64,000 bases of DNA. It comes from Pseudovirgaria hyperparasitica. Taxonomy: Eukaryota. This document shows positions 48,008 through 60,539 of the stretch, one piece after another; the stretch's first letter is position 1; each line of letters opens with the position of its first letter. The stretch lies in NCBI GenBank assembly GCA_010093815.1, contig ML996578.1; one strand, 5' to 3'. The notes under the pieces were generated by a model. The model was not told the origin of the DNA. It did no database searches and worked only from the letters and a program-made list of their open reading frames with translations. The position numbers and the translations under genes were made by a program.

Positions 48008-50698
48008 CGGACATGGTTCGTCTAAGGTGCTTCTTGCGAGTTGCGACACAAGAGACTTTAATTCGAACAAGGCATTGGAACCTGCGAGGTCAGGTTCCAA
48101 GGATGAACCATGTTTGGCATGATCATGAATATCAAGGCGATTTAGACACTGACACCGAGCGAAGCTGAATTGGTAGGTCCAGGTCGCGCTTCATAGTGCG
48201 TGAGACCTAAATGTGACCGGTTCCAGAACAACAACATGAACTGCAACTTCAGAAGACAATCTACATCCATGCCAGTCTTAGCGAGCAGTCGATCTTTCAG
48301 ACCCCCAATCAAAGCATCAATTACTCACAAACCATCTGCACCTACAAGCGAGTGCACCGTACAACGCTACCGTTCCACGCCGGAGCTTCTCCGGAGCCCC
48401 GAACCAAGCAAGCAGAGCCCCGAACCAGCACGCGCCACGCTGGCTTCGCCTCGCCTAGGTCGCCTCACTTTTCTCCTCTTCACTCGAGCGATAAACAAAA
48501 ACAACCCCACGAGCCTTGCTATGATGATGACGCTGCCCTTCGCATCCTCCCGCGCGCTGGGGAATTAATTCTCCTATTATCCGATTCCCTCGCGCCGCCC
48601 CACGACGCGCAGCCCGGATGTACAGGAGATCCGCCTGTAGTATTATATAATCCCGTAGCAACGGTTCCTACTACTCTTGCGCCATGGGATGGACGGACGT
48701 TGACGTCGACGTTGGCCCTCTTTCGCGCGCGCCAAGCTAATAGGGCCTAGATCCGTCATTCCCTCGCGCGAGCAGTCAGGGTCGAGCAGGCAGCAGTGAG
48801 GGGGCGAGCTGGAATTGCGCGCGACAGAGCCGTGCGAACGCTATCGTACACCATGTTCCTGTATCCGCAGTCAACGAGAAAAGACGCTCATACTGTAGGA
48901 GGGGAAAGAGGGGGTGAAGGGGTAAGGGGGTAGGGGGTAGCGGGTAGGGAACGGGATTTTTTCCAATTCCAACATGCACCTGCATGCGTACAGCCGCTGA
49001 TGTGCTGGCCAAAAAAAAATCTTTCTTGTATACATCATGATTAACCGTACTTTGGTTCTTGTTCTACACCGCTGGTTCGCAGCAACGGCGCCATCTAGCA
49101 ATGCATGCACCACACCCACCCACCTATACGCATGCAGCATCCCATTTCCTAGGGGGAGGGGGGTTAGTAGGGGGCCCGACCGGAGAGCAGTGCAGCGCAG
49201 CGGCGGGTTCGTGCGTAACTGCGGTTTCTGCAGCCTTTTGAATGACGCGCGCGACATGTCGCATGCATAGCCAAAGGTTAAATAGAAATGAGTGCTGCTG
49301 CTGGCTTGGAAAGGCTTAGATGGAGGGAAAAAAAAGGCTAATTAATTTAATTCTTTTTCTCGGCGATGGGAGAATTAGGAACAGAAAAAAAGGTGGGCGC
49401 GATGGATTACGGATGGAAATGCCGCAAAGCGCTGTGTGTGTTTGTGTGTTGCATGATCGATGCATGGGGTTGGGCGGGTTTGGAAATGCCGAGATGAATT
49501 CGTGGCAGCAGCCAGGTGGGAAGCCCGGAGAGAGAGGTATTCATTCGTATCGTATGTTTGTTGGTGTCGCGTAGCGATAGGATACTGGCTGCCTGGCTAC
49601 CTGCTTGCTGCACACAGGGGGAATGGATTACAAGTGTTTCCTATGTAGGAAGTCAGAATGTCGCTTTTGTTCTTTTAATGGGTTTTATTATCGGGGTTTC
49701 ATGATCCTGCAGCGTTCTCGTGCATGGATGGAGGGGATGGAGGATAGGTTTCCTTCGGATGCATGGGACAGGAGCACACGCAGATGTAGAGCCATGGGAA
49801 GGTTGATGTCCCAAGCCAATGTGCATACATATCTCATTCTTCTCCTATTGTATTGAAAGTTTCCTATCTAGTATGGTGGCAGATAGACTTCTAGATTGGA
49901 GTATTGCATAATGATCGCCGTAACATGCCGTGCTAACCCATACACTACTAGTTTGTATGTGTATAGAACACAACCATGGATAGCATAGCCATGGGAGAAT
50001 CGACATGACTGACCGTTCTGAATGTTTTTCTTACGCTGCTTCTGCATCTTTATTCAATTGCACGAGTACAGCTCTGTCAGAGAATTACCGTTTCCACATA
50101 CGAAACCTTCTATATACATCTACAATTTACTCCCGGTGGTGCCTCCTTGGTCGCCTGTAGGAAATCATGTCTTTAACCTCCAGTAGAAATGTTAAGGGGC
50201 CATTTCCTTTCGAGAGCTGAATCTACTAGCCATTCATCCTGTTTATGAAGTACTAGTCAGCAGTAGTGATCGGTTTAGTGTTGCTTCAAATGAGTCCCAG
50301 CGTTGGTATATCAATCAAACAGGGGGGCTCCTGCAGGCGAGAGTATACATGAATGGCTTGCTGTATAGCCACCTCCCTTGTGTGAGTGTGAGTATTCTCT
50401 AGCTTATGCTCGTAATTTAGAAATTTAAATCTCTTCCTAGACTCTTTCTCTCGTTGCTCATGTGTTTTGAGGCTTCTTCTGCTCCTCCTCTTAACGTTAC
50501 AGTCCGAGCTCCTTTCCAGATTTGTCAAGCTGGGCATATTGTTTAGTCTCGACGAAGCTTGGTTTGAGTGAACTCTTGGAAAGCTCTTCCCTTTCAGTAT
50601 TTCGTCGTTACTCGTGTATATGGTAATGTTGAAGTTCTCTCAGATCGTTCATGATGAGATCAAGAGATTGAGATAGTCATTTAAGTCGTGTTGCTCTT

Positions 50699-50744
50699 GC
50701 TCTTCTTCTTCTTCTTCTTCTTCTTCTTCTTCTTCTTCTTCTTC
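50699..50744 (+). repeat. (TTC)n trinucleotide microsatellite, about 15 units
   Basis: Read directly. Confidence 0.9.
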
Positions 50745-52568
50745 AGACGACGCGAATCACTGATGAACTGACTAGACGACGACATCCCATCCTTTAACGG
50801 AGGGGAAACTATCTGCATATCGAAGCTGCCTCTATCCAGCCAGGATTAGAGCATGATGAAACTAGAGGTGAAAAGCACCCCCTCAGACAATTGATAAAGG
50901 TAGACAGGGTGTTCATCGCGCCACTCATTGTCAGTGTTCCTCCATCAGGAATCACCTCCTACCCCAAGTACATGTCTCTCTATCTTCCACACACATTCTT
51001 CTCAACGCACTTCCATGCACACTATAAATAAGTGTTATCAGAGAGCACTGTAAAGCTCCTGTCCTAAATCTCGCAACTCTCTCACCGAGACTTGTTATCA
51101 ATGGCTTCTCACGAAGTCGACTCTCCGTCCGCCACAACTTCTGCCGCCTCGAATCCATAAATTCCACTGGAACATTAGACACGAGCGCATACCGGCGAGA
51201 TCATCGAGAACGTGGAGACGTGCCATAGCAAGTCCCAGACCTAGACATCTCCAGCTTAAAGCTTGGTGATGACCAGACTCTGCACGATCTGGCTATTGAT
51301 GCACGGCTGGCTGGATGTTATCCGATTCGCCACTGTCAACTTGGTGGCAACGAACCGGTATGAAGGGTATATAGGTTAGATGAACGTTTCGAGAGATCTC
51401 AAGCCTGTAGATTGCTAGAAATCACAGAGACATCCCAATTGTACTGCCGTAGGCACAAACACCGACACAACCTCTAAGCTACCGTAGCAAAGACATATCG
51501 CAAGACCGATTGAGCGCGTCCTCCCGAGCCTAGTGAGCAGATCGTAAAAACAACAACAACAATACCACCGCAACAATATGTGCAGGTCATTGTTGAGAAC
51601 CTAGTCGTTCTAACCCCCTTACCTCCTTCCTACCTACATAGGTGTATCCAAGTACTTCCAGACGCGCCCGGGAGAAAATGTAAAGAAATGGCTCGATCAA
51701 ACTCTAGAATACCCAAAGTTCCCCATCTTTGTGTCGCCGTAAGGTGGCAAAGGTGACGCTGTTCTGTTCTCCTGTGATGCGTTTGACCCAAGACATTCGG
51801 AAGTTGCAAGTTTCGTCAGTGATGAGAATGCTCTAATCAGTAAGTAATGTAGCTGTGGCTCCTTGATAGAAGGACTAGCTTTTGCCAACCCTAGTTTGGC
51901 TATAGACTTAACATAGTGTCAAGTATGAACGGGTAGTTAGTTCATGGATGGACGGTCTTTAAGTCGTCTGGTGTTATACGATAAGCCTGGGCTTTCTCTT
52001 TCTCAAGAAAACCAAGAAGTCAATTTTCCTGCCTTTAGCTTCCTGTTGGGGCAGTTTATGATTCAATCGCTATGCACTGCTAGTGTAGAAGGGAATATCA
52101 AGTCTTCAGGATGCAACGATGTTCCAGTCTTGACGTAAGTTTAGTGGCCAATTTTGCGAGTGTACGTCCGGCCTCCAGTTCGGATACTGGAAGTGCTGAA
52201 GCAGAATTTTTTCATTTGTTAGCTCCTTGTAGTGTCAATTACAACACGCATTGACAGCATCAATGTTCAAAGGGAAGTGCTTGATACTAGTGCATGTGCT
52301 CGTTGCCGTCATATAAGGTCATTTCCCAGGTCCCATCAGCATAACTGCTCACACAATCCCACAGGTCCTCATCGATACGAAATCACTTGATACATAGTCC
52401 AGTTCCAAAAATCCGGTCGAAACCACCCATATCCACACATACTTTCACAGCACAGATGCGATTTACATCTGCCACGTCGCACGAAATGGCAGACATGCCC
52501 CCAACAGCGCCTCGCAATGTACCCCTGTCCCATAATGCAATACATGTGTTTTCGTTTGTCATCTGATT

Positions 52569-53228
52569 TCAAACGTAGGTTCGTCGACTACTGTGGTGCG
52601 ACCGGCGAGGGCTGCGATCGTAATCGCGGCTTCGACGATGGCTGTGACGAGATACGTGACGTTCGCGAACAATAGTCGTCTCGCCACGGTGGTGACGGTG
52701 TACGAAGAGAGCAAGGAACTATAGGAGACTCATTAGTATCCTACCAGAAGCGTCAGACGTGGCGGGGCTTACAAAGGTGAAGAAGAACATGATGCAGTTC
52801 ATGATACCGAATGCAAAGCTCGCCTTGAGCATTGCGCAATTCTTGTCTGTATTGAAATATCCTCCCGGGCCAGTCACGGTGACATCGCCGACGGAGAAGG
52901 AGAAGTTGGTGTCCTCCCAGCTCGTGCAATTTGCGCCAGCAATAAATCGCAGCAGATACACGCCAGCGATGAAGCAGCCAACGAATCCGAGATCGACCAT
53001 CGCGACTAAGAAGGCCGAATGTCGCGCCTTGGCGTATAGAATGATGGTCGCAATAGCCCATGCCGTCGCCAGCACACTCGTTATGAAGAGCACCAGAATG
53101 TAGTCTGGCGTCAGAATGTTCTGCGACACGAAGAGATTGACGAAGTAGGCCATCATGCCCAGTGTCGGGATCAACGTGAGAATCTCGCAGAACCGCCAGA
53201 ACCAGAACGAAAGGCCGGAGATAGACAT
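52569..53228 (-). CDS. Four-TM MARVEL-like membrane protein with an R/S/H-rich C-terminal tail, 2 exons
   Basis: Four hydrophobic segments, WRFCEILTLIPTLGMMAYFV and NCAMLKASFAFGIMN. Intron 52719-52772 (GTAAGC..CTAAT..TAG) leads into FLALFVHRHH..RSHHSSRRTYV*. Confidence 0.82.
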
Positions 53229-54092
53229 GCTGACAGTGTTGTAGAAGGACCTAAGGTGTAAGAATGGTCGCGTCAAACAAGAGCAGAGATGGAAATGACG
53301 GTCGCAAGCGGTATAAGTGCGGTCGCGATAATCGGAGGAGTGAATGCGACCAAAGCTGCAGCCGAACGGAGCTGGCCGGCGCGTTGAAATGGGTGAGGTC
53401 CGGTCTAGAAAGTATTCACCGGCGGAGGTGTTCGGATAGAAAGTAGGTGAGGTCAGGAACACGGCGAGATTGCGCAACGTCGTCAAGGGAGGAAGGCAAA
53501 TGAAGAGAAAGAACAGGACCGAGTGAGAAGTGAGGTGTACAGGAGGAAAAAGAGAGGACCGAATGAAGTGCTCAAGGGAAAGCTGAGCTGTTGATGTAGG
53601 CTTAAGATTATGGCCATGGTAGGGCGATTGCACGGGCAAAGCATGCCATCATGCCTCCTTCTTCGTTGGGCGCGGGGGGGTGGTTGGTGGAATATGGAGG
53701 GGCTGGGCGCACTGACTCGCCATGGATCTCATCGTCGAGCCATCTGCTTGTCCTTGCGGTAAACAAGATCCAAGTTGTGCAAGGGACAGCCCTGGAGAAT
53801 GCGATCCTTTTATATCATGCTTAATATAACTTGGATACCACGGTACGCAATAACACATCTTCAGCCACCTCTTCACTGCGATCCATGTCCACTGCACCTA
53901 CAGGTATGCACCTATACTGCAGAATCTCGCTCTAGTCCCCATGAGGTAATTGCGCTAGTCACCACCAACGGCTCCCGAACCACAACACCACTCGTTAAAT
54001 ACACTAGGTACTAATACATAGGTACCTAGTAGGCAGTGGTCATCATCGTCGTCATAGCACGCGAAGAGGGAAAAAGCCCATACGCTAGCACC

Positions 54093-54643
54093 TCAGCAGA
54101 CTGCCTCTTGCCGAACGACTGTCAAGTCCGGGAAATAAGTTCGCTTCATGCCATTGCCAATGAAAGTAACCTCCGGCGATGAGAAGTCGAACTTGTGCCA
54201 GTAGTTGCATATCCACGGGCTATGTCTTGGTCAGCACTCTCTCGGTCCAACCATTACTGAACTATCACGTACTCATCTCTGGACTCAGTGTAGAGCCATA
54301 TCGCGGTGTCCCTGAAGGAGAATTCTGCTTCGTGGAGCTGACAAGCCCAGCGGTGGTACAGGGATGGCTCTCGTCCCCATGCCGAACCTGGCTCTTCAGC
54401 GTCTGGAGCATCAACAATGCTCTCCTTTCCACGGATCTCGGTGTAGCACCGGGACTCTTGCTGACCACCGCCGAGTCTGTGCATAAACATGATGTACGAG
54501 AAGTCGGACGAATTGAACACCTCGACGTGGTATATACTTTCAACAATGGCGCGAGTTTCTTTGCTCACATCGTTGGGTATTGCCATCGGACCTGCCATGA
54601 TCAACTGTGCCACCATGAAAGCAAAGAATATGGTAAGCATCAT
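54093..54643 (-). CDS. Small secreted protein (165 aa, 4 Cys), candidate effector, 2 exons
   Basis: Signal peptide MMLTIFFAFMVAQLIMAGP. Intron 54220-54272 (GTACGT..GCTGAC..TAG) joins in frame to DPWICNYWHKFDF..QEAVC*. TATATAA lies about 80 bp upstream. Confidence 0.72.
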
Positions 54644-57524
54644 TGGTTGATTGAGAATGATGCTATAAAATGCAGAAGACTGTGATAGAACTCCTTCGTA
54701 CGCAGAGAAATTGTTCTCGTTATATACATCTTTAGGTCTTCCGATTCCAAGTTATGGCGGAACCAGCGACTCTACCCCATGACGTCCATTGCCATACCTC
54801 AGAAGCAAAAATTTCCATATTCGGAAGGAACAGTCGCCCCGTCTATGCGCTAAAACGATGCATGATCATGATAATCGACATATCATGGCTGTATGTAAGC
54901 AGAAGTTGACTATCGTCATGTCGTACTCAACGTTGTCAGATGCTATCGAGGCCTTACAATAAGTCATTGGCGTGACGTGGCGTGAGTTAGGCTCATCACC
55001 TCGTACCTGTGCCACAGTGATATCCTCTGGTCTATAGCAATCTCACGCCTGGAACAACGCTTATGACATGCTCAATTTCATATGAGCGAACGTTGGGTCA
55101 AGATTGCAATGAGTACAGACTCTTGTCAGCTACAAAGTACTATATCGACCTCACCTTGAACAAATTCTGAGGGATTCCAGGATAGAGCAGATTACCGTGT
55201 CGCCAATCTGGTAAAAAGATTTTTAGCCGTTGCTGCTCGTATCGACAGTCCTGCGTCATATTCGCCAGTTGCCATCCTGAAAGTGTATGCGATCTTATCC
55301 ACCAATATATTTCTTAGCAGCTATATTCCTGTGTCCCGCCGGTGGGCAAATCTTCATAGTGAATATGGTGTCTGGCTGCTGGGTAAAAGCTTGTCTACTT
55401 CGAATCTACGCAAACTTAAGAGATACGTCTAACCCACCTATATATTAGCATATCATCCACTTCACCAAAATGCGGTAGATATATCGAAACTGCATCTTGT
55501 ATGGTCATCTCTGTGATGTGGATCAATGGGCGCACACACACTTTGCAGACCCTTCAATACGCTGTCTTCGTTTGGCTCGGGGAATCCTCGATATTACAAT
55601 GCGACGCTACAGATAAATTTCGTATAACGCAGCCCCTGCATGGATGAGCTTGAGATGCACCTGAATTCACGCTTTAGAGCAAACCTGACCCTGATGTGCT
55701 GAAAATACCGTGCTCCACCTTCCATAGGTAATCACGAATCGATCATAGACAGATCGTTTTCTTTCTGGTATGGGACCACCATCAAGAAATAGCTTCCTCT
55801 CCATGATCTTGTTCAGTGCGCCTAGTCATTCATTCGTCTCAACCAAGGCCGTCTCCAGTAGCATCTAATGATAAACTGCTCATTGCACCAGCATTAGACC
55901 AGTAAGTTGGTATCACGACTGGAGTGAGCTCGTTTTTGCAGCCTCGATGGCATATATGCTAATTGTAGCATATAGACACAAGGCTGTAACAATATTGAAG
56001 CAGATACAGAACGACCGACTGACTGCTCTTTCTGACTCCGATTCATCGCTACGCACCTGAACGAAATGCGGGTACCTTGCGTCTTTTATTTGGATAGCAA
56101 CGACACTAGAACTGAATATCCATCTTTCGAGACTGGAAGAATCCGTCTCATCGTCCACCTCATTCCATTGGAGAGACTGCTCCTTCTAGGTCTATCCACG
56201 CCAGTTTCTATTGCCACTGGCCCCCGGATCTCGTTCCCCGAGGATTACCTCACGTCTAGTCTTGTACACCGCAACTCCTCTCCACACGGCACAGTTCTCT
56301 ACAAGTGGAGACCAACCCACCTTGCGGGTTAGTATCCAGTTTCCAGTTCCTAGGAACAAGGTGGAATGTACCAATCGCAGGCTTCTGTCCACCCCAAGGC
56401 ATAAACCCTCAGGTATCTTCCCGGATTGGCATTGAAACATAAGTTCTATAATCTACTACACCTGTGGTATTGAAATGTCTTGATGCCATCAGACACGCTA
56501 AATCTTGTGAAGTCAGGGATCAAACTGGGACAAGTGCATTTATTGATTACTGTGTCATATTTGGGACGACAGATGAACCGAATGTGCTATAATGGTACCA
56601 GTGATTATTACACCGGCTAGGCTACCTACGTTTCTGATGTTCGAAGCGCATTCCCCATAAGCCGAGCATTGAGCGGGAGAGATTTGTCGGATCAAAGCTG
56701 TTATCTTCGTTAACTAAGCTTCCTGATCACGCAAAGGCCATCCTTGTACGTACTATGGAGGATCTATGAGAAGTTCTCTTGCTGATTCGACTAATCGCTT
56801 GATTTCATGTTAGCGACCGCATATGAATAATACTTGACGTGACATATGACGGCACCGGAATATCCTTCGCTGGAATGTATACTGAATGCTTTGAGAGTCC
56901 ACAAGCAGTACGCAAGGATGCCTGAAACTGTATTGTCGATGCAAAGAAGACCAGCCGTGCCCACAGGTGACATCATCCGTATTGGGATCTTCACTCGAGT
57001 GGGTCCGGCACGCTTGGCACACAGCAGCGGAGTATCTTCCGCACGACTTGTTCTCAACACCAAGGCGAAAAGCTTATGTGCCATAAACATTAGTCGGGCG
57101 TATGATATTGAATTTCACTAATGCTTGCAGCTGCTTCAAGATCCTGTCGCTTAGACAGCTTGTTATCTGCTCTGGCCCCTAGATTTCAATACGCACGCTC
57201 GAACCTCACCTGATTCTGGACTCGTGTCGAGCGATTCAGATCATTAGTGGAGCACATCCACATGGCGCAATGACAGTAAGCAAGAACTCTCAAAAAACCA
57301 CAAATATGATGTCACGCGTCCAACACATCCATATCGTCTCGAGATCTAGTGTTCGCGGGATGGAGATGAGAACAAAAGTGAGAACGATAAGGAGTCGATG
57401 GGGCCCCGTATTTGAAAACGAAAAGCAAGCGTTGAAGTACTCGAGTTGATTCCTGGTCTACTATCTGCTGATGTGTATTTTGTGTTTTGAAGCCGAACAT
57501 ATCACTTTGAAGTACTAAATCCAA

Positions 57525-59281
57525 ATGTACGGATTCTCACACCGAGGCTGGCTTGGTGGCCATGTCGGCGGTAAGGTCTTGGAGGTCGGTGTATGTGCTA
57601 CAGCTGCATCTGGCTTCCTTCTTTTTGGGTATGATCGTATGTGACATCCCCAAAATCCCATCAAGATGATAGCTTCCCAATACTGACTGGGTTAACAGAG
57701 GGTGTCATGGCTGGCATAATTACAGAACCAAAGTTCCTCTCCCTGTTCCCGTCAATGGAGCCTTCGAATAAATCAGGTGCTATTCAAGCTCTCGTCGTCG
57801 CCATCTACGAAATTGGTTGTCTCGCTGGATCGATTGGCATCATCTTCTTGGGCGATAAGCTCGGTAGACGGCGATCGGTCCTCCTGGGCACATTCATTAT
57901 GCTCATCGGAACTGTCATTCAGGCAACTAGCTTTGGGTTGGCACAGCTCATTGTTGGGAGAATAGTTACTGGTATTGGCAATGGAATGAACACAAGTAGT
58001 ATCCCCGTATGGCAGAGTGAGATGGCACCTCCCAAGATCAGGGGATTCCTGGTATTGTTCGAGGGTGCATTGATTACGGGAGGCATCATGGTCAGCTATT
58101 GGTGAGCACACATCAACATTAATAACTCACAGGCAACCACGAACTGACTGATGTGAAGGATCAACTACGGTTTCTGGTTTGTCACGAAATATGGCTCTCT
58201 CCAATGGCGCTTCCCAGTAGCTTTCCAAGCTTTCTTTGGTGTCATGATAATCCTTGGCATTCTCACATTCCCAGAGTCACCTCGCTGGTTGATTAAGCAT
58301 GGCAAAGATGAGGATGCTGTTGCAATCTTGAAGAACCTGTTAGATGCCGATGACCATGACGAAGTCCTCCGTGAAGATCTTGCCGAGATTCGAAAAATCA
58401 ACGCCGTCACTACTCACACCAGACTCACAGTCAGGGAGTTCTTCACCAACGGACCAGAAATGAACCTCTGGCGCGCCACTGTAGCATTCCTGTCGCAAGC
58501 CTTTCAGCAGGCAGGGGGACTCAACTTAGTTACGTACTACTCAACAGTTGTATTCGAGTCTTCTTTAGGCTTCGGTCCTGAGCTCTCGCGGCTGATGACT
58601 GCTTGCCTAGGCACAGAGTTCTTCGCAGCTGCCATCGTCGCACTTTACACCGTCGATCGCCTAGGCCGACGCCAGCTCATGATGTGGTGTGCACTCGGCA
58701 TGGCTCTCTCGCTCATGGTCATCGGCATCTGTTTGGCAGCTGCCGAAACCCACGGCCATGCTCCTGCCTACGTCGCCACCGTATTCATATTCATCTTTGT
58801 GACATTCTTCGCCATCGGCTGGCTCGGAATCACCTGGCTGTACCCAGCCGAAGTCACACCCATCCGCATCAGAGCAGAGGCCAATGGGCTGTCTACATCG
58901 GCGAATTGGGTGTTCAACTACTTGGTCGTGCAACTGGCGCCGATCATGATCAGCACAATTGCGTGGAAAACGTACTTTGTGTTCATGTGCTTCAATTTCA
59001 TGTTCATTCCGGTCGTCTACTTCTACTTTCCGGAGACTAACGGATACAAGCTTGAAACGCTGGATGCGATATTTGCTGAAGCGCATGCGAAGAAGGAGAA
59101 TCCGGTCAAGACGGAGAAGGACATCCGCAAGGGTGTCAGGACGCTTGACGTGGAGAAGCGAGAGACGGAGGCAGCAAAGGACGAGCATGTCCGTGGTGAG
59201 GTGTTACAAGAGTCCGAGAGTCGCGGGAGTGAAGACGAAAAAGATGAGACGTATTCGAAGGCAAGCTCGTCGTCATCTTGA
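57525..59281 (+). CDS. MFS sugar porter (STL1-like sugar/polyol transporter), 3 exons
   Basis: GFLLFGYD/QGVMAG, GDKLGRR, GRIVTGIGNG, WRFPVAFQ, PESPRWL, QQAGGLN, DRLGRR, WLYPAEV, FPETNG. Confidence 0.93.
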
Positions 59282-59549
59282 AAATGTCGCATATAGAATT
59301 ACTTTAGACTTCTTATAGAACACCTAGATACCATAGAAAGTGATGATACACTCAATGATGTTCACAAAACGCATAGAAGACGACAGACAAAGCATCCAGA
59401 TATCTCAACTTCTACTCATAATGTCTTTCGTATAATCTGCTAGGGGGTTTCCACGTTTTTATATGACACCTCTAAAGCTTTAGTACGGACTCTATTGGAA
59501 CTCCGCTACAGAGTGCTATGCAAGGTATATGACGATACGGTAACATTGA

Positions 59550-60539
59550 TCACTCTGGCTTCTTTCCAACGACAATCCGAAAAGACAATTGATACAAGGG
59601 ATCAGTCCTGCTGATCTCCTCATGTCGTTCCTGAAAATCACTATAGGCATCTTCATCCGCTAAAAGCAATTCGGGTCTACTCTCAGGTGCGTTGTCATAG
59701 ACTTGTGGTGGCATATTGGAGATCAACTCCGCATAATTTGGTGCAGTTCGAAACTTCCGAAACAGAGGCTTAAGCGTTTGAAATGCGCTCACAATCCACT
59801 CATGAGCCACATTGTCTACCACGATATTGCCGTCTGACTTGCGATGGCACGTTGTAACCAGGCGGAGCTCGTCGGAGATATCCACAAATCCGGCATGAAG
59901 TTGGAGCTTTGCCAGGTGTGCTGCGATGTCAACTTGCAGTCCCAAGCCTCTGTATATCCCGTATGCAATCACCAGGCTCTCTGCCGCTATCTGGTTGTTC
60001 ATACACGCTGCAGCATTGACTATGTCGTTCTCGACCAGCTGTACGTAGCCGCCAGGGCGCAAGAGCCTGAAGATCCTGGCTAAGTATGCAGGCCATTTGC
60101 CATCCTTGATCGAGCTGAATAGGAGCCGCGAGTGGACCAGATCGAACGGTCCGTATTTATCTCGAAGTCCCATCATGCTATCCTCGTCATTAAGATCTAT
60201 GATGTCGAACGTGATGGTTGCGTATATATTTGAATCGAAAATCTGATGTCGCACCCAATGCACGCTTTGGGCGACGTCCGTTCCAACAAATCTCAATGGG
60301 CCTGATGCACCAAGTGTTTTCATCTCGCTGGTGGTGTCATATGGCCAAATTCCGGTGCCTGTACCGATGTCTAGGATCTTTTTGATCTTCCCAGCTCTAA
60401 CTGCGGAGTGGAGTTGCGGGGAGAGCAAGCGATTTGCGTTCATGTGGCGCATGAGGATATGTTGTGAGTCGAGACGTTCGGCTTCAGGAGAAGAATAGCC
60501 CATCATATAGGAAGCGGCCTCGGTCTCAGGGGTGGACAT
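59550..60539 (-). CDS. Class I SAM-dependent methyltransferase (LaeA-like fungal type), single exon
   Basis: YMMGYSSPEAERLDSQH, ILDIGTGTGIW, FDLVHSRLL, LLRPGGYVQLVE, AGFVDI. Confidence 0.88.
   Translation of the reverse strand: MSTPETEAASYMMGYSSPEAERLDSQHILMRHMNANRLLSPQLHSAVRAGKIKKILDIGTGTGIWPYDTTSEMKTLGASGPLRFVGTDVAQSVHWVRHQIFDSNIYATITFDIIDLNDEDSMMGLRDKYGPFDLVHSRLLFSSIKDGKWPAYLARIFRLLRPGGYVQLVENDIVNAAACMNNQIAAESLVIAYGIYRGLGLQVDIAAHLAKLQLHAGFVDISDELRLVTTCHRKSDGNIVVDNVAHEWIVSAFQTLKPLFRKFRTAPNYAELISNMPPQVYDNAPESRPELLLADEDAYSDFQERHEEISRTDPLYQLSFRIVVGKKPE

Noticed and set aside
50286..50760. Possible decayed gene with a poly-Glu tract on the minus strand
   Set aside because: Interrupted by stops with no recognisable domain; explained by the (TTC)n microsatellite.
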